DNA of 37,530 nucleotides from a virus (IMGVR_UViG_2663763220_000005), one strand, 5' to 3'; positions 28,610 to 36,718 are shown, counted from the stretch's first letter. Notes: generated by a model from the sequence alone, not told the origin. Numbers and translations: made by a program.

Positions 28610-29419
28610 TCAATGAACGGTATCGAGCAGCTTTAACAGCTCAGGGAATCGGGATTCGAAGAAGTGCGGCTGCGTCTCGCGCGGATTTGCGGGACTGGTG
28701 ATGTTCTTGCCGAACATGCAGCCTTTCGCTGTCAGCGACCAGAATTTTTTGATGTTGTTAATCGCGGTACGGCTGTATCGTTCGCGCTGCTCGACGATCC
28801 CCAGTTTCACCATCTGGTGATATGCCTGATTAGCTGTTAGGCGGATACCATACTGCTTCAGCAGTGCACTCAGTGACAGCGTGGGGCGGCTTGAGCCATC
28901 AGGCGCGTCAGCAGGAGCATCAATGGCATAGCGCGGTGCCAGATTCGGTAAGCCAACAGCCTCCTGGAGTTTCTGACAGGCACCAAGCACTGAAGAGTTA
29001 GACAGGTTTAACTCCCGGCGCATAAAGTCCAGCAGGATCACGCCAGCCTGCATCTTGTCAGCAGCCTGTCCGGATAATTTTTCCGGTGCGCTGGTTACCA
29101 TATCGAAAGTACGGATCACCTTCAGATGGAATGACGGGCTGATCCACATTGCATAGGCATACACCAGTTCCTTGCAGACATACGTTCCCCGTTCATTTCC
29201 CCCATGAATCACACTCACCGGGTCAACACCCAAATTCTGGGTGTTGGTCAATTCATGAACAAGCTCAACAGTTTGTTGGCTGGAAAGAAACTTTCCCGGC
29301 TCCTTGGTTCTGGCATTTGCACCAGATGCTACTGCTGCGCGATGCAGATCGTTCAGGCTGTAACGCCCATAAGCATCACGACGAACTTCAATACCATCAA
29401 TGACCATCAGATTATTCAT
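28610..29419 (-). CDS. KilA-N domain protein
   Basis: N-terminal domain with GTYVCKELVYAYAMWISPSFHLKVIRTF resembling the KilA-N signature. Confidence 0.6.
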   Translation of the reverse strand: MNNLMVIDGIEVRRDAYGRYSLNDLHRAAVASGANARTKEPGKFLSSQQTVELVHELTNTQNLGVDPVSVIHGGNERGTYVCKELVYAYAMWISPSFHLKVIRTFDMVTSAPEKLSGQAADKMQAGVILLDFMRRELNLSNSSVLGACQKLQEAVGLPNLAPRYAIDAPADAPDGSSRPTLSLSALLKQYGIRLTANQAYHQMVKLGIVEQRERYSRTAINNIKKFWSLTAKGCMFGKNITSPANPRETQPHFFESRFPELLKLLDTVH

Positions 29420-29438
29420 ACTTCGTTTCTCCTCTTAA

Positions 29439-29828
29439 TCAGGCGGCTGCACCCGCCGTTTTCTCGTACTTACTGATAGTGATCTCGACCTTCCCTTCCG
29501 GGATAACCGGTCCCCACTCCACCAGCATTCTTTTCACCTGACTGTCGTCTTCCCACACACCAGCGTGAGTCAGGGCGTCAAACAGCGCCTTGTTATAGTT
29601 GTCCAGATCGCGGATCCGGTTATCCGGAGGAAACAACACGATCTCCACTGAAGCAGGTGCCGACGTTGGTTTCGGCAGACGACGTAACTGCTCAACTATT
29701 GCTGCGCACGCCGCGCTCTGGAATTTTCGCCCCGCCGCGCTTATCAGGCTCTTACCAGCAAACGCCCCTTTGTTGGGGTGTCGCCAGTACGTGTTCACGC
29801 TGGGCGGAAAAGGCAGGATCAGCTTCAT
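29439..29828 (-). CDS. rusA: RusA-family Holliday junction resolvase
   Basis: 129 aa; DLDNYNKALFDALTHAGVWEDDSQV core motif. Confidence 0.8.
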   Translation of the reverse strand: MKLILPFPPSVNTYWRHPNKGAFAGKSLISAAGRKFQSAACAAIVEQLRRLPKPTSAPASVEIVLFPPDNRIRDLDNYNKALFDALTHAGVWEDDSQVKRMLVEWGPVIPEGKVEITISKYEKTAGAAA

Positions 29829-30151
29829 ACTTTCAGGTCCCTCTCATGTAACCAGTGGGTTGCACGCAGCCTTGCGTTTTCCTCACCGGCAAGCAGTGCG
29901 CGGATAATCCCGACCGCCTCGCTGTCGTCGTCCTTCACCGCGGTATGAAGCGTTATCCCCCGGGCCACGCCACGCTTTATCGTGATGACGCCTTTTTTCT
30001 CCAGTGCGCGAAGATGCTCCACCGCTGCATTCACCGAACGGTATCCCAGCATGGTTGCCACCTCCTGATTGGTTGGCGGGAAGCCACGTTCTTTCTGATA
30101 AGAAATCAGCATATCCAGCACCTGCTGCTGGCATTGAGTTAACGTCGTCAT
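29825..30151 (-). CDS. LexA-N-like winged-helix DNA-binding protein
   Basis: 108 aa; QQVLDMLISYQKERGFPPTNQEVATMLGYRSVNAAVEHLRALEKKGVI resembles the LexA DNA-binding domain; no peptidase domain. Confidence 0.55.
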   Translation of the reverse strand: MTTLTQCQQQVLDMLISYQKERGFPPTNQEVATMLGYRSVNAAVEHLRALEKKGVITIKRGVARGITLHTAVKDDDSEAVGIIRALLAGEENARLRATHWLHERDLKV

Positions 30152-30801
30152 GCCGCCATCTCCCTGACCAGTTTTTCCGCCTGCTGGCGAACCTGCGCCA
30201 GAAACGCCTCACCACATGCCTCAAGTTCATCGCGCCCGATGTAGCTGATTGCCGGTCCCTTCCAGGTCTTGTCAAAAACAGCAATAGCACCAGCGAAAAA
30301 AGCTCCTGTCGGTACCTGCTTCTCGTCTTTCGGGATAAACCAGACAGGCAGTTCAAAACCAATACGCCCGCGAATAAAAGCAATATGATCTGCATCTTCC
30401 GGCCACCACACTTCGCTGGTGGCAGCTTTGATCAGGAAAACATAGCGCCCGCCCTTATCACGCATGGCACTGGCATGTTTCATGATGTAACGCATGCCGG
30501 TGATGTATTGCCCCTCATGCTGACTGGCGCGGCTGTATGGGGGATTACCAAAGGCAGCACCTTTAAGCTCCGCAAGACGTTCTGACCAGTCATGCGCCAG
30601 CGCGTTGTCTTCCGCCGTGTAATACGCGGCACATTTGGCGTTATCACCGTCAGTGAACAGATCCAGAACAAACGGGCCAAACAGGGTGTTAATTCCCCAG
30701 AAAATGTTGTCCGGCGTGCGCCACTGATCGCCCACTTCCTTCAGTTCATGGGCTGGTTTGTTCCGCAGTTCCACCAGCGCCTGGCAATATTTATTACTCA
30801 T
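30148..30801 (-). CDS. Orphan DNA N6-adenine methyltransferase (phage Dam-like)
   Basis: FGNPPYS catalytic motif; start chosen at the internal ATG overlapping the upstream stop. Confidence 0.75.
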   Translation of the reverse strand: MSNKYCQALVELRNKPAHELKEVGDQWRTPDNIFWGINTLFGPFVLDLFTDGDNAKCAAYYTAEDNALAHDWSERLAELKGAAFGNPPYSRASQHEGQYITGMRYIMKHASAMRDKGGRYVFLIKAATSEVWWPEDADHIAFIRGRIGFELPVWFIPKDEKQVPTGAFFAGAIAVFDKTWKGPAISYIGRDELEACGEAFLAQVRQQAEKLVREMAA

Positions 30802-31289
30802 TAAGCCCCCACGTAATTCCCTGACAGATACCACTCTTCACCCGATGCAGCGCGCTTGCTGCTTTTCCGTAAGCACCGCTCACGACGCGCCAGAAAATTG
30901 TTTCGTTCTGGCTGGGAGTGGCTTTCACGGAATGCCGCCATCCACACCGTTGCAGCACGACGGTATAAGCCCCTGGACTCCAGTTCTTCCGCCTGGCGGG
31001 TCAGGCACAAAATCACACGGGGATCGTTAGTGCCGACATAGAAATTGCGCACAGGTCTGGTTTCACGAACTGGTTGTGGTTCCGGTTCCTGCGCTCTCTC
31101 AGTCAGGCGCGGGAAATGTCTGCGTGTATCTCCTTCACAACGGTGAGCCACACGCCCACTCTGACGTAACTTGCTTGCTGACTGCAGAACGCGCTGCCGT
31201 GAGTAACCGGCAAAAGCATCCGCAATATCTCCGGAAGTACAGCCCGGATGGGCTTCAATGTATTTCTGAACTTCATTCAAAAGACTCAT
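30801..31289 (-). CDS. YfdN-like prophage protein of unknown function
   Basis: About 162 aa, translationally coupled to the O-like gene upstream and the methyltransferase downstream. Confidence 0.5.
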   Translation of the reverse strand: MSLLNEVQKYIEAHPGCTSGDIADAFAGYSRQRVLQSASKLRQSGRVAHRCEGDTRRHFPRLTERAQEPEPQPVRETRPVRNFYVGTNDPRVILCLTRQAEELESRGLYRRAATVWMAAFRESHSQPERNNFLARRERCLRKSSKRAASGEEWYLSGNYVGA

Positions 31290-31291
31290 GA

Positions 31292-32233
31292 TCACCCCCT
31301 GAATCCTGCCGGGATCTGGCTGTAGTCCACGTTGTCGTAACTGGCTTTGAAGTACGGGTCTTCGCGTTTTTCTGTGTACGTGCTGACGGACGGCGATAAG
31401 CGCAGGGAAAGCTCATCCCATTTTTCCCGCAGCTTCGACGGGCTGAGCACGTTACGGCACCAGAACGGATCGCGGCTGACGCGGCTGTACATCTCGCAGA
31501 TTTGTTTGTGAGTACGACCATCCTGCACACACATCAGGCGAATTTCGTTTGCCCAGGCTGTCCAGTTCGGTTCTTTGGGACGAACCACCTCGCCGTCACA
31601 TTCGGCGGCCTGCTCGTACAGGGCGATGATTTTTTTCCAGAGCCACTGTGCGCAGGTCAAATCATCCTGCGTTCCCCACTGGCGCTTTTTAGGGCTGAAT
31701 ACAACCGCATCAGGATGGCGAGTTAAAAACTCCTGTTCAGCCGTCTGCGTGTCCGGTTGCGAAGCGTCCGGACGAGAAGTTTTTTTATCTGACGGATCAT
31801 GTTTTGATTTTACTGACGGATCCCCGCCAGATTCTGACGGGTGAAAACCCGCTTTTTTGCCAGATTTCGACGCATCAAATTTTGACGGGTCAGATTTTGA
31901 TGCGTCAGATTTTGACGGGTCAGAATCTGACAGTTGAGAAAATGCCGCTGCCTGAAGCTTCGCAACGTTAAGCTGATAAACATTCGACGCATTGCGGTTA
32001 CCCTGGCGACGCGCCTTACGCGTTAACCAGCCTTCTGCTTCCAGCCGTGCGATAGCCGTTCTGACGGTACTCATCCCCGCGCCAATCTGACGGGCAATGG
32101 TTTCAATTGATGGCCAGCACACACCTTCGTCATTACTGAAATCAGCCAGGCGGGCCATAATTGCCACGCTGGATAATTTCATGCCTGACGCAGCGCAACC
32201 ATCCCATACATAGCCGGTTAATTTAGTGCTCAT
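31292..32233 (-). CDS. Replication initiator, lambda O-like, with repeat-encoded Asp/Ser/Lys linker
   Basis: 313 aa; N-terminal HTH-like region, internal SDSDPSKSDASKSDPSKFDASKSGKK repeat linker, C-terminal domain. Confidence 0.7.
   Translation of the reverse strand: MSTKLTGYVWDGCAASGMKLSSVAIMARLADFSNDEGVCWPSIETIARQIGAGMSTVRTAIARLEAEGWLTRKARRQGNRNASNVYQLNVAKLQAAAFSQLSDSDPSKSDASKSDPSKFDASKSGKKAGFHPSESGGDPSVKSKHDPSDKKTSRPDASQPDTQTAEQEFLTRHPDAVVFSPKKRQWGTQDDLTCAQWLWKKIIALYEQAAECDGEVVRPKEPNWTAWANEIRLMCVQDGRTHKQICEMYSRVSRDPFWCRNVLSPSKLREKWDELSLRLSPSVSTYTEKREDPYFKASYDNVDYSQIPAGFRG
31795..31933. repeat. Iteron array inside the O-like gene (putative origin of replication)
   Basis: At least five copies of TCAGATTTTGACGGG-like units with GTCAGA/TCTGAC dyad elements. 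Confidence 0.65.
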
Positions 32234-32242
32234 GACCGACCT

Positions 32243-32581
32243 CTATTTCCCTGAATTTACAACGAAACTGTTCGAGCGGGCTGAAGCACTCATGCTCATA
32301 GCCTTCACGGAGGTAGATAACCCGTTGTGTTTCCGGCTCCCAACGAATGACTCTGACGGGCACTCCGTAGTGATCTTTGAACCAGCGGTTAACTTGTCGC
32401 AAAGGACTGTCTCCTTCTGCCGGTTGAAATCACCCACAGCCCACTCTGCAAAGCTGTGGGTTACAATTTCCCTGTCACCTAGTACATTTACTGCATAGCA
32501 ATACTCCACCTTCGCTTTTCCACCCGGTACAGGAAGCGCAATCAGTTGCGAGCGACGGTAGTGTGTTGTTAAACTGTTCAT
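32243..32581 (-). CDS. Hypothetical protein (112 aa) between the CII-like and O-like genes
   Basis: ATGA start-stop overlap with the upstream gene; stop 10 nt before the O start; a competing + strand ORF overlaps it. Confidence 0.4.
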   Translation of the reverse strand: MNSLTTHYRRSQLIALPVPGGKAKVEYCYAVNVLGDREIVTHSFAEWAVGDFNRQKETVLCDKLTAGSKITTECPSESFVGSRKHNGLSTSVKAMSMSASARSNSFVVNSGK

Positions 32582-33141
32582 GCGTTAGTTTCTCCACAGT
32601 CACGACACGCCACGGCGCCCGGAGCTGCACACTCGCGGGCGTCACTACTTTCTGAAACGCAAAAGATTTTGTAGACCAGTGCTGCATGCTCCTGCAGCTT
32701 CGAAATTGAGAGGTACAGCTCATCGTTAATTGCTGTCTTCTCATGCGGTTCCACTACACCGTCTTCAATTGCTGAACGAATCTGTTTTGAATAACTGCCG
32801 ATCTGTTCAATGACTTCCAGCAGGCGTTGGTTGATATCGGCGTTGTCCACATCCTCGACGTCAGGAAGAGACACAAAGACGCCATTTGCAGACTGCGCCA
32901 CAGCATCAGCAATGAAGTGAGTGCCACCAGCACGCTGTAAAACCATTGCCCATCCCAGCGGGAAAATCTGATCGCCATCTGCACGAAGGCGGTTGAATAA
33001 AGCGTTTTCTGTTACATCGAGCCAGTCAGCCGCTTCAGCGTAACCACCCGGCAACGCCGCGATAGTTTTTCTGACAGCTTTCACGTACCACTCAGGCTGT
33101 TTTTCTATTTTCCAGTGATGCTTACCCACGGTTAGCCTCAT
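32578..33141 (-). CDS. CII-like regulatory protein (CP76 / YdaT-like)
   Basis: 187 aa, immediately downstream of cro in the early-right operon. Confidence 0.5.
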   Translation of the reverse strand: MRLTVGKHHWKIEKQPEWYVKAVRKTIAALPGGYAEAADWLDVTENALFNRLRADGDQIFPLGWAMVLQRAGGTHFIADAVAQSANGVFVSLPDVEDVDNADINQRLLEVIEQIGSYSKQIRSAIEDGVVEPHEKTAINDELYLSISKLQEHAALVYKIFCVSESSDARECAAPGAVACRDCGETNA

Positions 33142-33172
33142 CGTTCTGTGGTTAAAAATTGAAAGTGTTCTG

Positions 33173-33373
33173 CTAATCTTTCGGATAGATATCCGGTCTT
33201 AAGTCAGATTTCGTAATTGCACCTGACGTGCATTGCTCAAGTTTTTTAGCCAGCACAAAACTGGCTTTTTTATAGCCATTGAAAACCAGCCGTAAGTAGC
33301 CAGGTGTTGAGCCAACTTTTCCGGCCAACTCGCCCTGCTGTTCTTTGGTTAAAGAGTCCCAATACGCTTTCAT
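33173..33373 (-). CDS. cro: Cro-like repressor (YdaS-like HTH)
   Basis: 66 aa; start at the internal ATG with a GGAGGT RBS, divergent from cI. Confidence 0.65.
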   Translation of the reverse strand: MKAYWDSLTKEQQGELAGKVGSTPGYLRLVFNGYKKASFVLAKKLEQCTSGAITKSDLRPDIYPKD

Positions 33374-33375
33374 AC

Positions 33376-33400
33376 AATATGTACCTCCGGTGTACATATT
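33376..33400. promoter_or_regulatory. Operator-like palindrome AATATGTAC-N7-GTACATATT
   Basis: Perfect 9-bp inverted arms in the cro-cI intergenic region. Confidence 0.6.
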
Positions 33401-33427
33401 ACATGATTGAAATGAACCTTCAAGATA

Positions 33428-33448
33428 CTTGTACCTTAACGGTACAAG
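33428..33448. promoter_or_regulatory. Operator-like palindrome CTTGTACC-N5-GGTACAAG
   Basis: Perfect 8-bp inverted arms sharing the TGTAC core with the first palindrome. Confidence 0.6.
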
Positions 33449-33463
33449 GGTTTTAATTTCGTT

Positions 33464-34138
33464 ATGAAAACAATCCATGACATCCGGCGGTCTAACGCCA
33501 GAAAACTGAGAGATGGTGTTGGCGGGAATTCTTCCTTTGCCACTATGATTGATCGCGAGCCAACCCAGACCAGCAGGTTTATGGGAGATGGTGCTACTAA
33601 AAATATCGGTGACAGCATGGCACGACACATCGAAAAATGTTTCGACCTGCCTGTCGGATGGCTCGATCAAGAACACCAGACAACGAACATCACAAAAAAA
33701 CCTGATGTTTCAATCACTAATAAACAAATCACATTAGTCCCTGTCATATCATGGGTACAGGCCGGAGCATGGAAAGAAGTTGGATATTCTGAGGTTGATT
33801 TGAGCACAGCAGAAACGTATCCCTGCCCTGTACCCTGTGGGGAAATGACTTATATCTTGCGGGTGATAGGTGATTCAATGATTGATGAGTACCGCCCGGG
33901 AGACATGATTTTTGTCGATCCTGAAGTACCTGCCTGCCACGGTGACGACGTTATTGCATTGATGCACGATACAGGCGAAACCACCTTCAAAAGGTTGATA
34001 GAAGATGGGACACAGCGTTATCTCAAAGCGTTAAACCCAAACTGGCCTGAGCCTTACATTAAGATCAACGGTAATTGCTCTATAATTGGTACAGTGATTT
34101 TCTCAGGAAAACCAAGAAGATACAAAATCAAAGCCTAA
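33464..34138 (+). CDS. cI: CI-type prophage repressor (HTH plus S24 LexA-like autopeptidase)
   Basis: 224 aa; C-terminal VIGDSM...FKRL Ser/Lys dyad region. Confidence 0.85.
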   Translation: MKTIHDIRRSNARKLRDGVGGNSSFATMIDREPTQTSRFMGDGATKNIGDSMARHIEKCFDLPVGWLDQEHQTTNITKKPDVSITNKQITLVPVISWVQAGAWKEVGYSEVDLSTAETYPCPVPCGEMTYILRVIGDSMIDEYRPGDMIFVDPEVPACHGDDVIALMHDTGETTFKRLIEDGTQRYLKALNPNWPEPYIKINGNCSIIGTVIFSGKPRRYKIKA

Positions 34139-34150
34139 TCAATGTTTATG

Positions 34151-34174
34151 AACCTGCTTCGGCAGGTTTTTTTA
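34151..34174 (+). terminator. Rho-independent terminator after cI
   Basis: AACCTGC-ttcg-GCAGGTT followed by TTTTTTT, 13 bp after the cI stop. Confidence 0.75.
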
Positions 34175-34177
34175 TAC

Positions 34178-34205
34178 TTGACAATGTACCTTTGAGATAC
34201 ATAAT
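34178..34205 (+). promoter_or_regulatory. Sigma70-like promoter (PL analogue) with repressor half-site repeats
   Basis: -35 TTGACA, 16-bp spacer, -10 CATAAT; two direct ATGTACC copies at 34184-34190 and 34204-34210. Confidence 0.55.
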
Positions 34206-34372
34206 GTACCCAAGCGAAACAACGAACAGGCAGGACGCCCACGAAGTAGCCGCCTGGGGCATATGAAGTCCAGGATGATTCGTTAGCAACAAAAAAGCGC
34301 CCTACAGGACGCTTAGCTCTTTAACAATCTGGTCCCCATCAACAAGTAACTGATAACTTGAGGAGATGTGAA

Positions 34373-34579
34373 ATGCACAAAACAGAACCCAAAATCGTCG
34401 CGCCTGGCTACACAGATGAGGAAATTTATGAGTGGATGACAAAGAAGCTGGCAGCTATAAACCAGCTTCGTGAAGTGCTGTCTTATCGACAGGAAACAAT
34501 AGACTCCTTAAAAAAACTGGATCAGGAAATCACGGTTTTATCACAGGATGTTACTTTAGATATTGTGCAGACAAATTAG
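34373..34579 (+). CDS. Small hypothetical protein (68 aa, predicted helical), first gene downstream of the PL-like promoter
   Basis: GAGGAG RBS 7 nt upstream of the ATG at 34373. Confidence 0.5.
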   Translation: MHKTEPKIVAPGYTDEEIYEWMTKKLAAINQLREVLSYRQETIDSLKKLDQEITVLSQDVTLDIVQTN

Positions 34580-34985
34580 GATCCCATTCATTTTCGTCAA
34601 AATCATCAAAGTGATGAATTTGTGATCTCCAGTCTCGATAATCTAAAAATTTCTGGGCGGTTACGCTTATTTTATCAAGTGTGAGTTCATCCTGAATTGA
34701 AAGAAGAAGTTCATCAAATTTCATCTCATTAATCTGTTTTGGCATCCAGTGATGCTTCATCAGAATAAGGTGAACCAGAGCCTTTTTCCCATTCAACTGA
34801 TTATAGGGAGTGCCGAATTTCTTCCGGTGCTCATGTAAGACAAGGTCCAAAAGAGTAAGTAATGTTGCCCTTGATTCAACTTTGCTTATTTCGACTGATG
34901 ACACTACCCCACTGATTTCAATGCCCCGATACTTTCCAACATTTTCACAGTGGGATTTGTACAGCGTATAGATATTACCGGACAT
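34551..34985 (-). CDS. Hypothetical protein (144 aa), AT-rich orphan gene convergent with the early-left operon
   Basis: Uninterrupted ORF with AAGGA RBS; 3' ends overlap the 68-aa gene by 29 nt; direct repeats lie upstream of its start. Confidence 0.55.
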   Translation of the reverse strand: MSGNIYTLYKSHCENVGKYRGIEISGVVSSVEISKVESRATLLTLLDLVLHEHRKKFGTPYNQLNGKKALVHLILMKHHWMPKQINEMKFDELLLSIQDELTLDKISVTAQKFLDYRDWRSQIHHFDDFDENEWDPNLSAQYLK

Positions 34986-35000
34986 TTCTTTTCCTTTTGC

Positions 35001-35049
35001 GTTGTTGGGGATAACCAGATTAACCGAATCCTTGTTGTTGGGGAATAAC
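35001..35049. repeat. Two direct repeats GTTGTTGGGGA(A)TAAC spaced 33 bp apart upstream of the 144-aa gene
   Basis: 15- and 16-bp near-identical copies at 35001-35015 and 35034-35049. Confidence 0.6.
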
Positions 35050-35271
35050 TAGGTCCACCTCGCCTGATGTGGCTAAAAGCAGGCACATAACAGCTAAGTA
35101 TTTTCAACCAGAGAGAATCCTTAGCGTTGTGGTGAATGCGGCTCAGCGCACGCGGGTTAAGGTTGAGGCTGACAGTCGACCTTCTGTGGATACCCACCCG
35201 CCTGGTGTGCAACCTTCGCCAGGCACCGGGAGGCACCCGGCACCACAACTTTATGCTGTGTGTAGTCTTGG

Positions 35272-35316
35272 CGGTACCAGCTTGTACCCTTGCTTCCGGC
35301 TGGTACCGTCCTTTTT
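35272..35316 (+). terminator. Rho-independent terminator-like hairpin in the early-left leader
   Basis: CGGTACCAGC-N17-GCTGGTACCG (10-bp stem) followed by TCCTTTTT. Confidence 0.55.
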
Positions 35317-35405
35317 ACAAAACAGAGAAGAGCATCACCGGACGACGGGCTCATAACCCAATCCATCCGGGCGGCAGTCACCGCAGGTGTTCTTCTCTGT
35401 TTTGT
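35317..35405. repeat. Long perfect inverted repeat (stem of at least 14 bp) enclosing a GC-rich 59-nt loop
   Basis: CAAAACAGAGAAGA at 35318-35331 pairs exactly with TCTTCTCTGTTTTG at 35391-35404. Confidence 0.6.
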
Positions 35406-35453
35406 GGAGAAACTAACCGACCTTGCAGGGTCGATATGATGAGGAGCAGCAAA

Positions 35454-35816
35454 ATGGCTAGCGAACGCAGTACTGATGTGCAGGCATTTATCGGGGAGCT
35501 GGACGGCGGCGTATTTGAAACCAAAATCGGCGCAGTTCTCAGTGAAGTCGCTTCCGGTGTGATGAACACGAAAACCAAAGGTAAGGTCTCGCTCAACCTG
35601 GAAATCGAACCGTTTGATGAGAACCGAGTGAAAATCAAACACAAACTCTCATATGTTCGCCCGACTAACCGCGGGAAAATTTCCGAAGAAGACACCACCG
35701 AAACGCCGATGTATGTCAATCGCGGTGGTCGCCTGACTATTCTGCAGGAAGACCAGGGACAGTTACTGACTCTTGCCGGTGAACCTGACGGAAAACTCCG
35801 CGCAGCAGGTCGTTAA
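35454..35816 (+). CDS. Hypothetical early protein (120 aa), YfdP-like by position
   Basis: GAGGAG RBS 7 nt upstream of the ATG at 35454; the longer 226-aa ORF in the track would span the structured non-coding region. Confidence 0.55.
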   Translation: MASERSTDVQAFIGELDGGVFETKIGAVLSEVASGVMNTKTKGKVSLNLEIEPFDENRVKIKHKLSYVRPTNRGKISEEDTTETPMYVNRGGRLTILQEDQGQLLTLAGEPDGKLRAAGR

Positions 35817-35881
35817 TATCGTTTTTAATTAACTGATTATTTATCTCATCACTGAATATCTTTATATAGTGAGGACTTATT

Positions 35882-36706
35882 ATGTCTCAGAACTTAGACG
35901 CAACCGCAATTAATCAAATCCATGCCCTTATTTCTGCTCAGGGTGTTAATGAAATTATCAGTAAGATTGGTGCCGATGCTGTGGCATTGCCTGAGAATTT
36001 CCGCATTCATGATCTGGAAAAATTTAATTTAAATCGCTTCCGTTTCCGTGGTGCGTTTTCCACTGCCAGCATCGATGACTTTACCCGTTATTCTAAAGAT
36101 CTTGCAGATGAAGGCACCCGCTGCTTTATCGATGCTGATAATATGCGTGCCGTCAGTGTGCTTAACCTGGGTACTATTGATGAACCAGGTCACGCAGATA
36201 ACACCGCCACACTCAAACTGAAAAAGACAGCACCGTTCTCTGCTCTGTTGTCTGTTAACGGCGAGCGTAACTCCCAGAAGTCACTGGCAGAATGGATTGA
36301 AGACTGGGCCGACTATCTTGTGGGCTTTGATGCTAATGGTGACGCTATTCAGGCAACAAAAGCGGCTGCGGCTGTCCGTAAAATCACGATTGAAGCAAAC
36401 CAGACCGCTGATTTTGAAGATAATGACTTCAGCGGCAAACGCTCCCTGATGGAGTCTGTCGAAGCGAAGACCAAAGACATTATGCCAGTGGCATTTGAAT
36501 TTAAATGCGTTCCGTTTGAAGGTCTGAAAGAACGTCCGTTTAAATTACGCCTCAGTATTATCACTGGCGATCGTCCTGTACTGGTTCTGCGCATTATTCA
36601 GCTGGAGGCGGTGCAGGAAGAAATGGCTAACGAATTTCGTGATCTGCTTGTTGAGAAATTCAAGGACAGCAAAGTAGAAACCTTTATTGGTACTTTCACC
36701 GCCTGA
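35882..36706 (+). CDS. yfdQ: YfdQ-like protein (DUF2303 family)
   Basis: 274 aa, same length and sequence as I recall for CPS-53 YfdQ, followed by the yfdR-like gene. Confidence 0.7.
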   Translation: MSQNLDATAINQIHALISAQGVNEIISKIGADAVALPENFRIHDLEKFNLNRFRFRGAFSTASIDDFTRYSKDLADEGTRCFIDADNMRAVSVLNLGTIDEPGHADNTATLKLKKTAPFSALLSVNGERNSQKSLAEWIEDWADYLVGFDANGDAIQATKAAAAVRKITIEANQTADFEDNDFSGKRSLMESVEAKTKDIMPVAFEFKCVPFEGLKERPFKLRLSIITGDRPVLVLRIIQLEAVQEEMANEFRDLLVEKFKDSKVETFIGTFTA

Positions 36707-36718
36707 TTTCATTACTGC

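Noticed and set aside
32226-32498. 90-aa plus-strand ORF as an independent gene
   Set aside because: Opposes the surrounding operon and overlaps a translationally coupled minus-strand ORF; kept only as an ambiguity in the findings.
35069-35356. 95-aa plus-strand ORF in the structured intergenic region
   Set aside because: Pro/Arg-rich low-complexity translation running through the hairpins; no RBS; region better explained as non-coding structure.
35136-35816. 226-aa extended version of the yfdP-like ORF
   Set aside because: The N-terminal 100 codons span the terminator hairpin and the long inverted repeat; a strong GAGGAG RBS precedes the internal ATG at 35454, giving a 120-aa product.
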